Source: a virus
Lineage: Duplodnaviria; Caudoviricetes
IMG/VR virus record: IMGVR_UViG_2974644955_000001
Span: 10,705-74,704 of that record
Strand: one strand, 5' to 3'
Length of the DNA: 64,000 nucleotides
Under the pieces are notes generated by a model, which saw nothing but the letters and a program-made list of their open reading frames with translations, was not told the DNA's origin and made no database searches. The translations under genes and the position numbers were made by a program. Below are positions 55,243 through 63,829 of this stretch, piece after piece; the first letter of the stretch is position 1; each line of letters opens with the position of its first letter.

Positions 55243-55913
55243 CAGACAAATCCTCGATCATTGAAACGAACGTCTTCATCCAACAACTCGGAGGATTGTG
55301 ACTTGTTATCAATGACATCATCGTTCATCATCTTCAAGTACAACCCATAGTAGGAATCGCCCTTCGCTGTGTTTTCTTCCCCGCCCATCTGGGAGAGATA
55401 CAGTCCTGCGACATAAAGTGCCAGGGTCTCATACAAATGATGTGGGAGATTCATTGTCCCAGTCGGATCCAGAAGAACTGGATGACGAGCTTGGAACTTC
55501 AGATCCACTGCTGGAGCATAGTCTGTCATGAACGCATCTGTGAATCGGACAGAGAATGGTGACGGCATCGTGATCTGAGAACTGGTTTTTGGAACGAAGA
55601 CTTTTTCGTTTTCGGGAATGTTATCCAGATCCTTATGAACACCGTGTACGGACAAGAGCCGTACAAAGTCGATCAACTCTGCATCCAGAGCTTGATCCAA
55701 GGTGTAAATGTTCTGGCCCTCAACGAAAGTGAGAACAATCATGTTCTCAAACAGCTTCATCCGGGTACTGATGTCAGTCAGTCCCTGGTTTGTCAGTTCA
55801 AGCAGTTGATCCTCATGACCGGGGTTAATTTCACCCAGATCTTGGTCATCAACCGCTGCTGTATTCTTCAGTTGGCCGAGAGCCAGTTTTCGGGTGAAAT
55901 CTGTGAAATCCAT
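55242..55913 (-). CDS. Head-tail adaptor (N4 gp67-like)
   Basis: LALGQLKN, LTNQGLTDISTR, LPHHLYETLALYVAG; position next to the terminase. Confidence 0.78.
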   Translation of the reverse strand: MDFTDFTRKLALGQLKNTAAVDDQDLGEINPGHEDQLLELTNQGLTDISTRMKLFENMIVLTFVEGQNIYTLDQALDAELIDFVRLLSVHGVHKDLDNIPENEKVFVPKTSSQITMPSPFSVRFTDAFMTDYAPAVDLKFQARHPVLLDPTGTMNLPHHLYETLALYVAGLYLSQMGGEENTAKGDSYYGLYLKMMNDDVIDNKSQSSELLDEDVRFNDRGFV

Positions 55914-55923
55914 CGGTCATTCC

Positions 55924-57537
55924 TCATACGACGTAAGCATCTATGCCTACTTCTTGATCTATCTCAGCCTCTGTACCCCAGATCGTATCATCAGTCGAGA
56001 CCTGTGATTCCGCCTGTGGCTCCTCTGGGTTCGGTTTCCAAGGGTTCATGACCGTCAACATCGAGATAGTATCTAGGCAGTCATCCTTCCCCATCAAACC
56101 ATCACGAGTAGCAAGGCTGATCTGTTCCATGAACAAACCTACCGTTTTGGTCTGAGAAAGCTCTGAAGGAAAATGAACTTTCCCGGCTTTGAAATACGGG
56201 ACGATTAGATTGAACCGTGACAGTTTGTCCGTCATCGGTCGAATCCCTGGTTTGTTTGTTTTGGGGTCATGAGTCAAATTGAAGTAGATCCCACGTCGAT
56301 CCATCTCAGCCATGATCCAAGGAATGAAACCACCTTGCTGACCAGTGACCTCAATCCCCACACCTTGAGGCTGATACTCCTGTGCAAAATTGAACAGATC
56401 GTTGATTGTACGGTCCATCTGTTGACGTTCGCACAGACCATCGACCCAAGTCCAATGACCATCTTTGTCATAGGCCCAAACAGAAATCACTGTGTAATCA
56501 GCGGTTTGCTTGGAGGATGTGGCAAAGTCAGTGGTGATATAGAAGTTGTAATCCTTCCGCTTCTGGAGGATCTCCTGTCTGGATCTCCAACCAATCTCAG
56601 ATTCCTGGATCAGTCGGGACTCATCAGACGTAATCCGAAGCATAAGCTCCTGACGGAACGACTTCTCTTTGCCTTCCATCACAGAAGAGTCATACATCTC
56701 TTTCACGTAGTCATAGGTGAATCGGTCTTCCCAAGCTCCGGAGAAATCTTTTTCCTCACAGGGAAACTCTTTACAGACTGGCCAAACGTTCACTTGCCAA
56801 GCACCAGATTCTATTGCTTGGTACACGATGTCTTCTTTGTTGAATGGCGTTCCGTTGAGGATCATCTTGTGACGTGTGGGATCGAGAGCATACTGCACAC
56901 CTGAGTAAACGGTGTCGTTGATTGCTTCCATCGCAGTTGGTGATTTGGAGTCAGCATCAGAGATCAAGTCATCCATGACTGCAAGCACAGGACGACGGTT
57001 GAAGATCTTGGTTCCCCGGATACCAGACTTGGCACCGAACATCTTCACACCAAATTTCCCACCGTTTTTGTTGTGGAATTCCATGTAGTTCTCGGTGAAT
57101 CGAACACCTTCTTCCGGGAGCCAAGACTGAAGGAACTCAGACGAGTAGTACCTGGATTTGACAGATTCCCTCATCGACTTCACACCGTTGTCCATGGAGT
57201 CCGAAATATACAGCATTCCTGGGACAGCACCGAAACCAGGAATCTTGTTGAACATGGCCAGATACAGAGTCAAATACTCTGCCATCAGCGTTGTCTTCGC
57301 AGTACCACGAGCACAGAGGTTCGTGATTTTCTTGTGTCTTGTCGGTAGCTTATCAAGCATAGCAAGGTGCATGGTCGGGGTTTTGTTGTCCTCACCCCGG
57401 CCATCATTGCACAGCTTGATGAAGTTCATGAACTCAAGGCTGAACTTCGAAGGAATATATCCCCCGTTGTTCAGCCAATCAAAGTCCACTTCATTCAGGT
57501 AATCATCTACCGTTTTGTTCCCGAAGAACTTACTCAT
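55924..57537 (-). CDS. terL: Terminase large subunit (N4 gp68-like)
   Basis: CARGTAKTT Walker A, GAKSGIRG, VMDD, LNGTPF, TTDFA, DDCLDTISML; start likely ATG 57537. Confidence 0.95.
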   Translation of the reverse strand: MSKFFGNKTVDDYLNEVDFDWLNNGGYIPSKFSLEFMNFIKLCNDGRGEDNKTPTMHLAMLDKLPTRHKKITNLCARGTAKTTLMAEYLTLYLAMFNKIPGFGAVPGMLYISDSMDNGVKSMRESVKSRYYSSEFLQSWLPEEGVRFTENYMEFHNKNGGKFGVKMFGAKSGIRGTKIFNRRPVLAVMDDLISDADSKSPTAMEAINDTVYSGVQYALDPTRHKMILNGTPFNKEDIVYQAIESGAWQVNVWPVCKEFPCEEKDFSGAWEDRFTYDYVKEMYDSSVMEGKEKSFRQELMLRITSDESRLIQESEIGWRSRQEILQKRKDYNFYITTDFATSSKQTADYTVISVWAYDKDGHWTWVDGLCERQQMDRTINDLFNFAQEYQPQGVGIEVTGQQGGFIPWIMAEMDRRGIYFNLTHDPKTNKPGIRPMTDKLSRFNLIVPYFKAGKVHFPSELSQTKTVGLFMEQISLATRDGLMGKDDCLDTISMLTVMNPWKPNPEEPQAESQVSTDDTIWGTEAEIDQEVGIDAYVV

Positions 57538-58219
57538 CCACGATCTCCGCATCAGGGACATTGAGCGGAAGTGCTGCAACATCTTCTACAGACATCGCTT
57601 TTCCTTCGATGGTTTTCAATTGCATATTGGCCATTTCACCAAGACGCTGCTCCAGAGCTTTCATGCCATCGTTCATACCGATGTCCACTTTCAGTTCAGC
57701 CTTGTTCACTTCAGGCTTCTTCAAGTGAGTCAGCAAAGAGTTGGCTGCTTCGACGCGAACCTTGTCAGAAACCTGGACGTTGTTCATGATCTCATATTGA
57801 GTATTCAGAGCACTCTGAAACATATCCTGATTCAGAACCCAGGTTGGGATCATGGCTCGCTCGTAAACCATATTCACCAGCTTGCCTTTGTTGTAGGCAG
57901 CCACGTATGAAGCAATGTCTTTGCCTGATCGTCCGTCAGCAACCATCTGCTTGTAGCGATCCGGGAACGTGGCCTTGTAGGAATCGAGGTTCGATTTCCC
58001 CATGACCTTGTGTGACACATACATCACAGCACGCACGTAGTCGCCCAGCTTGAAACGACCTTCACTCAGCACTTGGCTGAAGGTGATGAAGTTCTCCCGG
58101 ATGTATCGGGCTTCTTCTGGGTCTTTCGATAGAGCATTGAGTTGGTTGACCATCTCTTGACTGATATGGCCCTTCTGACCAGCGGGTAAGCTGTCTTGAA
58201 CCTGTTGAAGTGTAAGCAT
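57530..58219 (-). CDS. terS: Terminase small subunit (N4 gp69-like)
   Basis: YVRAVMYVS, YKATFPDRY, SYVAAYNKGKLVN, SDKVRVEAANSLLTHLK; directly upstream of terL. Confidence 0.82.
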   Translation of the reverse strand: MLTLQQVQDSLPAGQKGHISQEMVNQLNALSKDPEEARYIRENFITFSQVLSEGRFKLGDYVRAVMYVSHKVMGKSNLDSYKATFPDRYKQMVADGRSGKDIASYVAAYNKGKLVNMVYERAMIPTWVLNQDMFQSALNTQYEIMNNVQVSDKVRVEAANSLLTHLKKPEVNKAELKVDIGMNDGMKALEQRLGEMANMQLKTIEGKAMSVEDVAALPLNVPDAEIVDE

Positions 58220-58293
58220 TGCTCGTTGCTCCTTATCTGTGGTAATGCAGTCACATATGACGCCCTATAACCTAAAGAGAGACTGGAAAGCAA

Positions 58294-58581
58294 ATGGCTA
58301 CAAACTACATCATCACAAATAAGTGGTACACAGCGGCAGATACCGATGTCATTGCGCTGGCCGACGGTCCTTATGCAATCGACATGAACATCACCTGTAT
58401 CGTCAAAACCGGGAACATCCAGTTCCAGGTCAAAGATGAAAACGGGACATGGTTCACGCCAAACGAAGCATCTCATACGATCATCGAATCTGGTTTGGTC
58501 CGCCTTCCTCGTGCGAACATGCCTGACATCAAGATCATTGCGACCAACGATGCAACGTTCTCTGTTCATGGCGCTCTGTAA
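58294..58581 (+). CDS. Small beta-sandwich protein, probable virion component
   Basis: RBS GGAAAG; alternating beta pattern; heads a plus-strand accessory cassette. Confidence 0.7.
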   Translation: MATNYIITNKWYTAADTDVIALADGPYAIDMNITCIVKTGNIQFQVKDENGTWFTPNEASHTIIESGLVRLPRANMPDIKIIATNDATFSVHGAL

Positions 58582-58590
58582 GGAAAACCA

Positions 58591-59217
58591 ATGCCTCAGA
58601 TTCCATATACAAACAAAACTCTGAGCCGTCGGTTTCTTGGCCCAAGCCTTCAGGAAGGTGAGTTCGCTGTTCCTTCTTTGCTTGCTGGGTTCAAACGTCC
58701 TGCGGTTCCGATCAGTCGGTTTCCTCCGGCCATCATCCAACCCCCTACTGTCACAGGGTTTGGGGTTATTCCTGCAACGTTGACTGCTTTTCCTGGGGTT
58801 TACTCCGGGAGTCCTCAACCAACGATCAGCTATGAGTGGCTGCGAGATGGTATCCCATTCGAGAATGTTGGTAACACATACGTTACCCAAGCATCTGACG
58901 ATGGAGCTAAGATCTCTGTTCGCGTCACGGCAACATCCCCATCGGGAACCATCATCACCACATCAAACACGATCACTGCTGTTCTCTATGAAGAAGTGGT
59001 CAATGGTGAATTCGCTCTTTATACCGTCACAGGCATGGCAGCCCCTGGAAAAATGATAGGGAACAATGTTCATGCCTACTACGTCACCGGAATGGCTCAA
59101 CAGCTTTCCCAGATCAATTCGTCCTATATTGGATACGTAATTACTGGTATGGGTCAAAATGATCAGTTCTATGTGACGGAATCCGAAATCTACATCATTA
59201 CCACTGAAGGAGTGTAA
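58591..59217 (+). CDS. Ig-like domain virion protein with C-terminal [YF]xxTG[M] repeats
   Basis: PTVTG...TLTAFPG.YSG.P..ISYEWLRDG...TYVTQASDDG.KISVRVTAT is a classic phage Ig-like pattern. Confidence 0.78.
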   Translation: MPQIPYTNKTLSRRFLGPSLQEGEFAVPSLLAGFKRPAVPISRFPPAIIQPPTVTGFGVIPATLTAFPGVYSGSPQPTISYEWLRDGIPFENVGNTYVTQASDDGAKISVRVTATSPSGTIITTSNTITAVLYEEVVNGEFALYTVTGMAAPGKMIGNNVHAYYVTGMAQQLSQINSSYIGYVITGMGQNDQFYVTESEIYIITTEGV

Positions 59218-59220
59218 CTC

Positions 59221-60192
59221 ATGGGTAAAATTCTTTTTGCAAGCAACAACCCGACACACTTCGGGCCATTGGCATACACAGATACGAGTTATGTCCGAGA
59301 CGCTTCTCGGATTCCATACTCGATCCGTTTTGATGCAGACATCTCGACTCCACAGGGTGTCATCAAACCAACGACAACTGGTGAGGTGTGGATCCACTTC
59401 CGTGCTGATACGGTAAACAACGCCCCGTCTGGCGACCCATCGGGTGATGTGATCCGGATCTATGATGATCAGATGCGTCTGCTGCTGAAGGGTAGCACTG
59501 GCATCAACACGTTCTTCACGGACTTTACGTTCTATGATACGAACGGATCCACCAGCACACAGAACGATGTTCTGGATTACTCTATTGGTACAGGAGCATG
59601 GGACATTCGTTTTGTCTTCGATCCTTTCTTCATGCAGTGTCAGATCTATCAAGGCACAGTGTTGCGGTTCGACCGGACCTTGAATGCGAACCCGAACAAC
59701 GTTGGCCAAGTCGGTCGAGTCGATTGGTTGACCAAGTTCCACTATGCAGGCTCGGGATTCATCTCAGAACTCATCATTGCTGACAGTGATACCCGTCTTG
59801 CTCGGTTGAACATGGTACGTCCGAACGGTAACGGCTTCCACACTGATTGGTTGGGACAGGTCTCGACTCTGGCTGATAACAACATCAACACGGGTCTGAC
59901 TACAAACTCGGTGAACCAACGACACTCAGTGACTCTGGAACCGTACACCAATACAGAGATCATCTCGAATGTTCTGATCACCAGTCAGCACTTTCGTGGG
60001 GCGAACTCTCCTGGGACGATCCGACACTTCATCCGTGCGACCAATATCGACTACGATCACGTCGATGCTTTCACGGTGGCGTTCAACAACACGGTCTCGC
60101 AAACAGATTACGAGATCAACCCTGCTACGGCTCTCCCCTGGGATCTGGCCGACATCGGCAGTTTGGAATTCGGGTTCAAATCCGAAGCGTAA
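59221..60192 (+). CDS. Putative receptor-binding/lectin-like virion protein, paralog of 5699..6649
   Basis: ILFASNN start and NPATALPWDLADIGSLEFG end, collinear with 5699..6649. Confidence 0.65.
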   Translation: MGKILFASNNPTHFGPLAYTDTSYVRDASRIPYSIRFDADISTPQGVIKPTTTGEVWIHFRADTVNNAPSGDPSGDVIRIYDDQMRLLLKGSTGINTFFTDFTFYDTNGSTSTQNDVLDYSIGTGAWDIRFVFDPFFMQCQIYQGTVLRFDRTLNANPNNVGQVGRVDWLTKFHYAGSGFISELIIADSDTRLARLNMVRPNGNGFHTDWLGQVSTLADNNINTGLTTNSVNQRHSVTLEPYTNTEIISNVLITSQHFRGANSPGTIRHFIRATNIDYDHVDAFTVAFNNTVSQTDYEINPATALPWDLADIGSLEFGFKSEA

Positions 60193-60194
60193 AG

Positions 60195-60222
60195 AAAAAG
60201 GGAGCCTTCGGGTTCCCTTTTT
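60195..60222. terminator. Rho-independent terminator (bidirectional geometry)
   Basis: AAAAAGGGAGCC-TTCG-GGTTCCCTTTTT. Confidence 0.9.
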
Positions 60223-60385
60223 ACTTGTTTCTCCTGGTTTTGTGGTCTAAGTCGAAACCTATGAAAACACTGACTCAACATATCATCCCTCAACCACAAC
60301 CGATTATCTAATCGGGTGAGTTGTTGTGCTCATCCGAATGTGGGTGAGTTGAAGATGCAGAAAGAGTCCCTCCCCATTCAAACAA

Positions 60386-60461
60386 CGGCGTGTAGGCTAG
60401 TTGGTAAGTCGTCTGGTTTGGGTCCAGGAGAGCGCAGGTTCGAGACCTGCCACGCCGACCA
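60386..60461 (+). tRNA. tRNA-Pro (TGG)
   Basis: Acceptor CGGCGTG/CACGCCG, anticodon loop TTTGGGT, T-loop GTTCGAG, encoded CCA. Confidence 0.95.
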
Positions 60462-60465
60462 ACAT

Positions 60466-60541
60466 AGAAGTGTAGCTCAGTCGGTAGAGCGTGCGATTGA
60501 TAATCGTAAGGTCGCTGGTTCAATCCCAGCCACTTCTACCA
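60466..60541 (+). tRNA. tRNA-Ile (GAT)
   Basis: Acceptor AGAAGTG/CACTTCT, loop TTGATAA, GTTCAAT, encoded CCA. Confidence 0.95.
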
Positions 60542-60543
60542 GT

Positions 60544-60617
60544 TGGAGAGTAGCCAAGCGGTAAGGCAAGGGGCTTTGGTCCCCTGATCGTAGGTTCGAA
60601 TCCTGCCTCTCCAGCCA
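60544..60617 (+). tRNA. tRNA-Gln (TTG)
   Basis: Acceptor TGGAGAG/CTCTCCA, stem AGGGG/CCCCT, loop CTTTGGT, GTTCGAA, encoded CCA. Confidence 0.95.
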
Positions 60618-60658
60618 TTCTTCACGCGGAGCCAGTCGCGCATTTTTTAGATTTCAGG

Positions 60659-60940
60659 GTGTCTTTAGTAGTAGCGATCATAGCTGCGAAGACAGTGCTT
60701 TATACCGATAATCCGGACCATCTTTCGGTGTCCTCGGTGTACGAGGAACGCGCATATAGATTGAGGCTTATGATTTCGGAACATGAACCCGTGTATCCGC
60801 ACAGAAATGGTACGGTCAGCGCCATCCAAATCGAGACCAAGAGACTCAAGCAAATCCAACATGGCATGATCACTCTTCCTTTTTGGTGGCCGATGGTTCA
60901 TCAATACTCTGCCTACATAAAAAGGAAAAGACATGACTGA
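60659..60940 (+). CDS. Hypothetical protein (uncertain)
   Basis: GTG start with weak RBS; fills the gap and overlaps the next start; a competing antisense ORF exists. Confidence 0.4.
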   Translation: MSLVVAIIAAKTVLYTDNPDHLSVSSVYEERAYRLRLMISEHEPVYPHRNGTVSAIQIETKRLKQIQHGMITLPFWWPMVHQYSAYIKRKRHD

Positions 60941-61268
60941 AAAAATTTACATCGCAGGCCCAATGTCGGGCTACGACGATCACAACAAAGAAGCCTTCCT
61001 GGCAGCCGAAGCGTATCTCGTTTCTCTCTTCCAGGGGGAACAGCCTGAGATCTTCAACCCCATCAATCATGAAGCATCGCTCATGGTTCAGAAGGGACTC
61101 GTCAGAGACACGCAGGAAGCCTACCGGATGTGTATGGCCATCGACTGCGACTACATCTGCAAGCACGCCACGATGATCTACATGCTGGACGGCTGGGAGA
61201 ACTCCAAGGGTGCCATGGCTGAATGGACGCTGGCCAAGTGTCTCGGGATAAGGATTGTGTATCAATGA
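60933..61268 (+). CDS. DUF4406 / nucleoside 2-deoxyribosyltransferase-like protein
   Basis: KIYIAGPMSGY, FNP, IYMLDGWENSKGAMAEWTLA. Confidence 0.85.
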   Translation: MTEKIYIAGPMSGYDDHNKEAFLAAEAYLVSLFQGEQPEIFNPINHEASLMVQKGLVRDTQEAYRMCMAIDCDYICKHATMIYMLDGWENSKGAMAEWTLAKCLGIRIVYQ

Positions 61269-61699
61269 ACAGACTTGCCCTCTTTCTCATACTTCTGTGC
61301 AGCAATGCACAAGCTCAAGATTTCATGGATCGTGAGTCCATGGAGGAATACGAACGCCAAGCGTGGGAAAGAGGGTGCGAGAATCCGAAGAACATGGACC
61401 GCTGGGGGATCCGTGAACCAACAGAAGAAGAGATCCTGGAGTTCGGGGCCGGGGTCATGGTCTTCTTCTACTACAACTCCCCACAGGGCTGCTCCTCTGA
61501 CACCTCACTGGGTGTCTGGCATGATGAAGTACGCTGGGGGACCATGGTCGTAGAGACAGGAGGAGCAGAGGTAGACCACAATGAACGAATCACCTTCACT
61601 CTCGAAGGAGTCCCATACGATTCTCTGGGTCACACTTTTCTTTTGGTTCCTGATGCAAAAGAGCCACACCGCATTATCCTATTCCCCTTATTTTCATAG
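61265..61699 (+). CDS. Secreted hypothetical protein
   Basis: ATGA-coupled start 61265; signal peptide MNRLALFLILLCSNAQA. Confidence 0.7.
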   Translation: MNRLALFLILLCSNAQAQDFMDRESMEEYERQAWERGCENPKNMDRWGIREPTEEEILEFGAGVMVFFYYNSPQGCSSDTSLGVWHDEVRWGTMVVETGGAEVDHNERITFTLEGVPYDSLGHTFLLVPDAKEPHRIILFPLFS

Positions 61700-62467
61700 G
61701 TTGTGCAAAACTGCACACAGAGATGTGCAAATATGCAGGGCTTGACAGCCTACCCCCCAAAATCTAACTACGAAGGGCAGCTTGCGGGCTGTTGGGGGCA
61801 AGCCAGGGTGAAGTGTATCATTCGATACCTCACGATCATACCGGCCCAAACTGCCCCTCGCCCTTCAATGGAAAACTCCACTTCTTTACTTATTCCGAGT
61901 TAGGATTGCCCCTTCACCTATATGAAGGACAGCCTCATTGAGAGAAAACTGTGTGATGAAGAAAGGAATCACAGGCACCTAAGCTAACCACGCAACGCTT
62001 ATCGAACCAAGGAAGAGAAACATGCTCGGCCTTGGGAAGAATGCGTAGCATTCTGAACCAAGTTGCGAAGCAAGCCGTAGGCAGCCGAGTATGTTTATCA
62101 ACGCAGGTGAGATGGATATGTTCTCTGAGTCATAAACCTCAAATATGCTCTACAGCGCATATTCCTGTTTTATACGCTGCAACGTAAACTCAAATGACCA
62201 TTAACCCCGGTTAATGTAACATCCAGTTGCCATTATCGCCCTTTATGTAAAACAGATTTTGCAAAATTTTCCATTGTGCTTTTTTGCTATACTGTCGAGG
62301 GTGGAGGGTGTTTGAGGTGGGAGCTTTACACCTGCGACCCACCCCCCCGGTCTGTAATTCTACACAGATCTATACCCCCCATATTTACACCCAGCTTACA
62401 CTGGGAGGCTGACGCCTCTCATGGTGCATCATCCGGTGCATCTCATCAACCTAGCTAGGAGTACATC
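61700..62467. other. Long non-coding gap, probable genome terminus/terminal repeat region
   Basis: No credible CDS; lies between the last gene and the early promoters; G/C-skewed runs at 62297-62380. Confidence 0.55.
62405..62424 (+). promoter_or_regulatory. Candidate vRNAP hairpin promoter P1
   Basis: GAGGC-TGAC-GCCTC-TCATGG, 44 nt before the first early gene. Confidence 0.7.
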
Positions 62468-62761
62468 ATGTCAACTGGTATCTTTGCCTCACTACGTGCA
62501 GTCATCGTTGAGCCTCTCATGTTCGTTGCAGAAACCGCAGAAACAGCGCGTGACGCAGTGTCCGTAGCCCACACTTGGGTAGACAACAGAGTCGAGGTCT
62601 TCGAAGACGAGGATATGATCATTGTTGCTACAGCATCAGCTAAACGCCAAGCTGAACTCAAACGCGAACTGGAAGCAGACGCGGAAGCAACCAAGATCTA
62701 CAACGGCCTCAAGAAGAAGATCGAGAAACGACGCAACCAGCGTCAAGCTCGCTACGGCTAA
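62468..62761 (+). CDS. First early gene, hypothetical protein (97 aa)
   Basis: RBS TAGGAG; helical, basic C-terminus. Confidence 0.8.
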   Translation: MSTGIFASLRAVIVEPLMFVAETAETARDAVSVAHTWVDNRVEVFEDEDMIIVATASAKRQAELKRELEADAEATKIYNGLKKKIEKRRNQRQARYG

Positions 62762-62770
62762 CACCAACGT

Positions 62771-62796
62771 TCCCTTCCCACAACCGTGGGGAGGGG
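62771..62796 (+). terminator. Strong hairpin after the first early gene (terminator or processing site)
   Basis: TCCCTTCCCAC-AACC-GTGGGAGGGGA, 11 bp; no U tract. Confidence 0.5.
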
Positions 62797-62895
62797 ACAC
62801 CAAACGTTTACCAGAGAGACAGACAGAGAGACAGTTACACTCTCAGTCTCGGTGTCGGATGGACCGATACTCACCCTGAATCCTAGCTAGATTCC

Positions 62896-62915
62896 AAGGC
62901 TAACGCCTTTCGTGG
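62896..62915 (+). promoter_or_regulatory. Candidate vRNAP hairpin promoter P2
   Basis: AAGGC-TAAC-GCCTT-TCGTGG; matches P1 at 16/20 positions, with a compensatory stem change. Confidence 0.7.
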
Positions 62916-62949
62916 CGATTATGCCACACAACTCAATGGGAGATCTCAC

Positions 62950-63012
62950 ATGATCCGTAGCAACCGCAAAATCTACCGTGTCAACTCTGATGGCACTGTT
63001 GAGTTTATGTGA
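62950..63012 (+). CDS. 20-aa early micropeptide (not in the ORF track)
   Basis: RBS GGGAG; MIRSNRKIYRVNSDGTVEFM; first ORF after P2, followed by hairpin 63020-63043. Confidence 0.5.
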   Translation: MIRSNRKIYRVNSDGTVEFM

Positions 63013-63089
63013 ACCGTTTGGGCAGTCCTCTCTTGGGCTGCCCTTACAAAATAACCTAACCGAAACCCTTAGTGGAAAGGACCGTAAAA

Positions 63090-63305
63090 ATGGTCATGAA
63101 AGATAACGAAAGTCTCGCAGATAAACACACAACTCTGATGAATGACATCATGGTGTGTGACAACATGATCGACCCTGATTCGGAAGATCAGAACGAGCAG
63201 GCTGAACTTCAGTCTGAACTGGAAGATATGTGCCAGGAACTGGACGTTCTTGAAACAGTCATGAGCCTGAAATGGGCTGTGGACTGCGACTGCTTCTACA
63301 GATGA
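63090..63305 (+). CDS. Early hypothetical acidic helical protein
   Basis: RBS GGAAAGGA, start ATG 63090. Confidence 0.7.
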   Translation: MVMKDNESLADKHTTLMNDIMVCDNMIDPDSEDQNEQAELQSELEDMCQELDVLETVMSLKWAVDCDCFYR

Positions 63306-63436
63306 TAGGACAGTACATCTTTCTGAGCATCCTCACCGTACTGGTGGGGGTGTTCCTCTTTGATCTGACAGTCTCCGCAATAGACGCACAGATCACCATG
63401 CAACTGCTTCAAGTCGAAAGGACTCTGAACCAATGA
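63302..63436 (+). CDS. Early 44-aa membrane protein (not in the ORF track)
   Basis: ATGA overlaps on both sides; MIGQYIFLSILTVLVGVFLFDLTVSAIDAQITMQLLQVERTLNQ. Confidence 0.7.
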   Translation: MIGQYIFLSILTVLVGVFLFDLTVSAIDAQITMQLLQVERTLNQ

Positions 63437-63645
63437 CCGACTCACCGAACGTGATCTACGTGAACTTCCAAACCAAGGAAGCATCATTCGTAGGTCACTC
63501 TTCGGCTCCCATCATAGTGGGGCCGATTCTAAGCCTCGTTGATGGTGTTCCACACTTAACCGTGGACATGACTCTCGATGAGATCAAGGCTCTCAAAGAG
63601 CCACAATATCAACAACTTCAACTGGAGTATCATCCAAATGGCTGA
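63433..63645 (+). CDS. Early hypothetical protein (70 aa)
   Basis: ATGA coupling, RBS AAAGGA. Confidence 0.7.
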   Translation: MTDSPNVIYVNFQTKEASFVGHSSAPIIVGPILSLVDGVPHLTVDMTLDEIKALKEPQYQQLQLEYHPNG

Positions 63646-63829
63646 ACCAAAGCTCAACACAGAAGGTTACGCCTTCTTCGAGGGGAAACTCTCACCAATC
63701 CACAAACGTGTGGAACTGAAAGTCACAGTCATACTGGACTGTGTTCCTGGAGCATTTCATGAGGTCGAAGACCATATGAACTGGCTCTGCCAACTTCCAT
63801 ACGTTCAACAAATCGAGGTGCTCGAATAA
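63638..63829 (+). CDS. Early hypothetical protein (63 aa)
   Basis: Start ATG 63638 after GGAG. Confidence 0.7.
   Translation: MAEPKLNTEGYAFFEGKLSPIHKRVELKVTVILDCVPGAFHEVEDHMNWLCQLPYVQQIEVLE

Noticed and set aside
60665-60934. 89-aa minus-strand ORF after the tRNAs
   Set aside because: Opposes the local plus-strand transcription; the plus-strand ORF fits the gene string better, though both are weak
62813-62835. CAGAGAGACAG direct repeat in the early region
   Set aside because: Only two short low-complexity copies; not enough to assign a function
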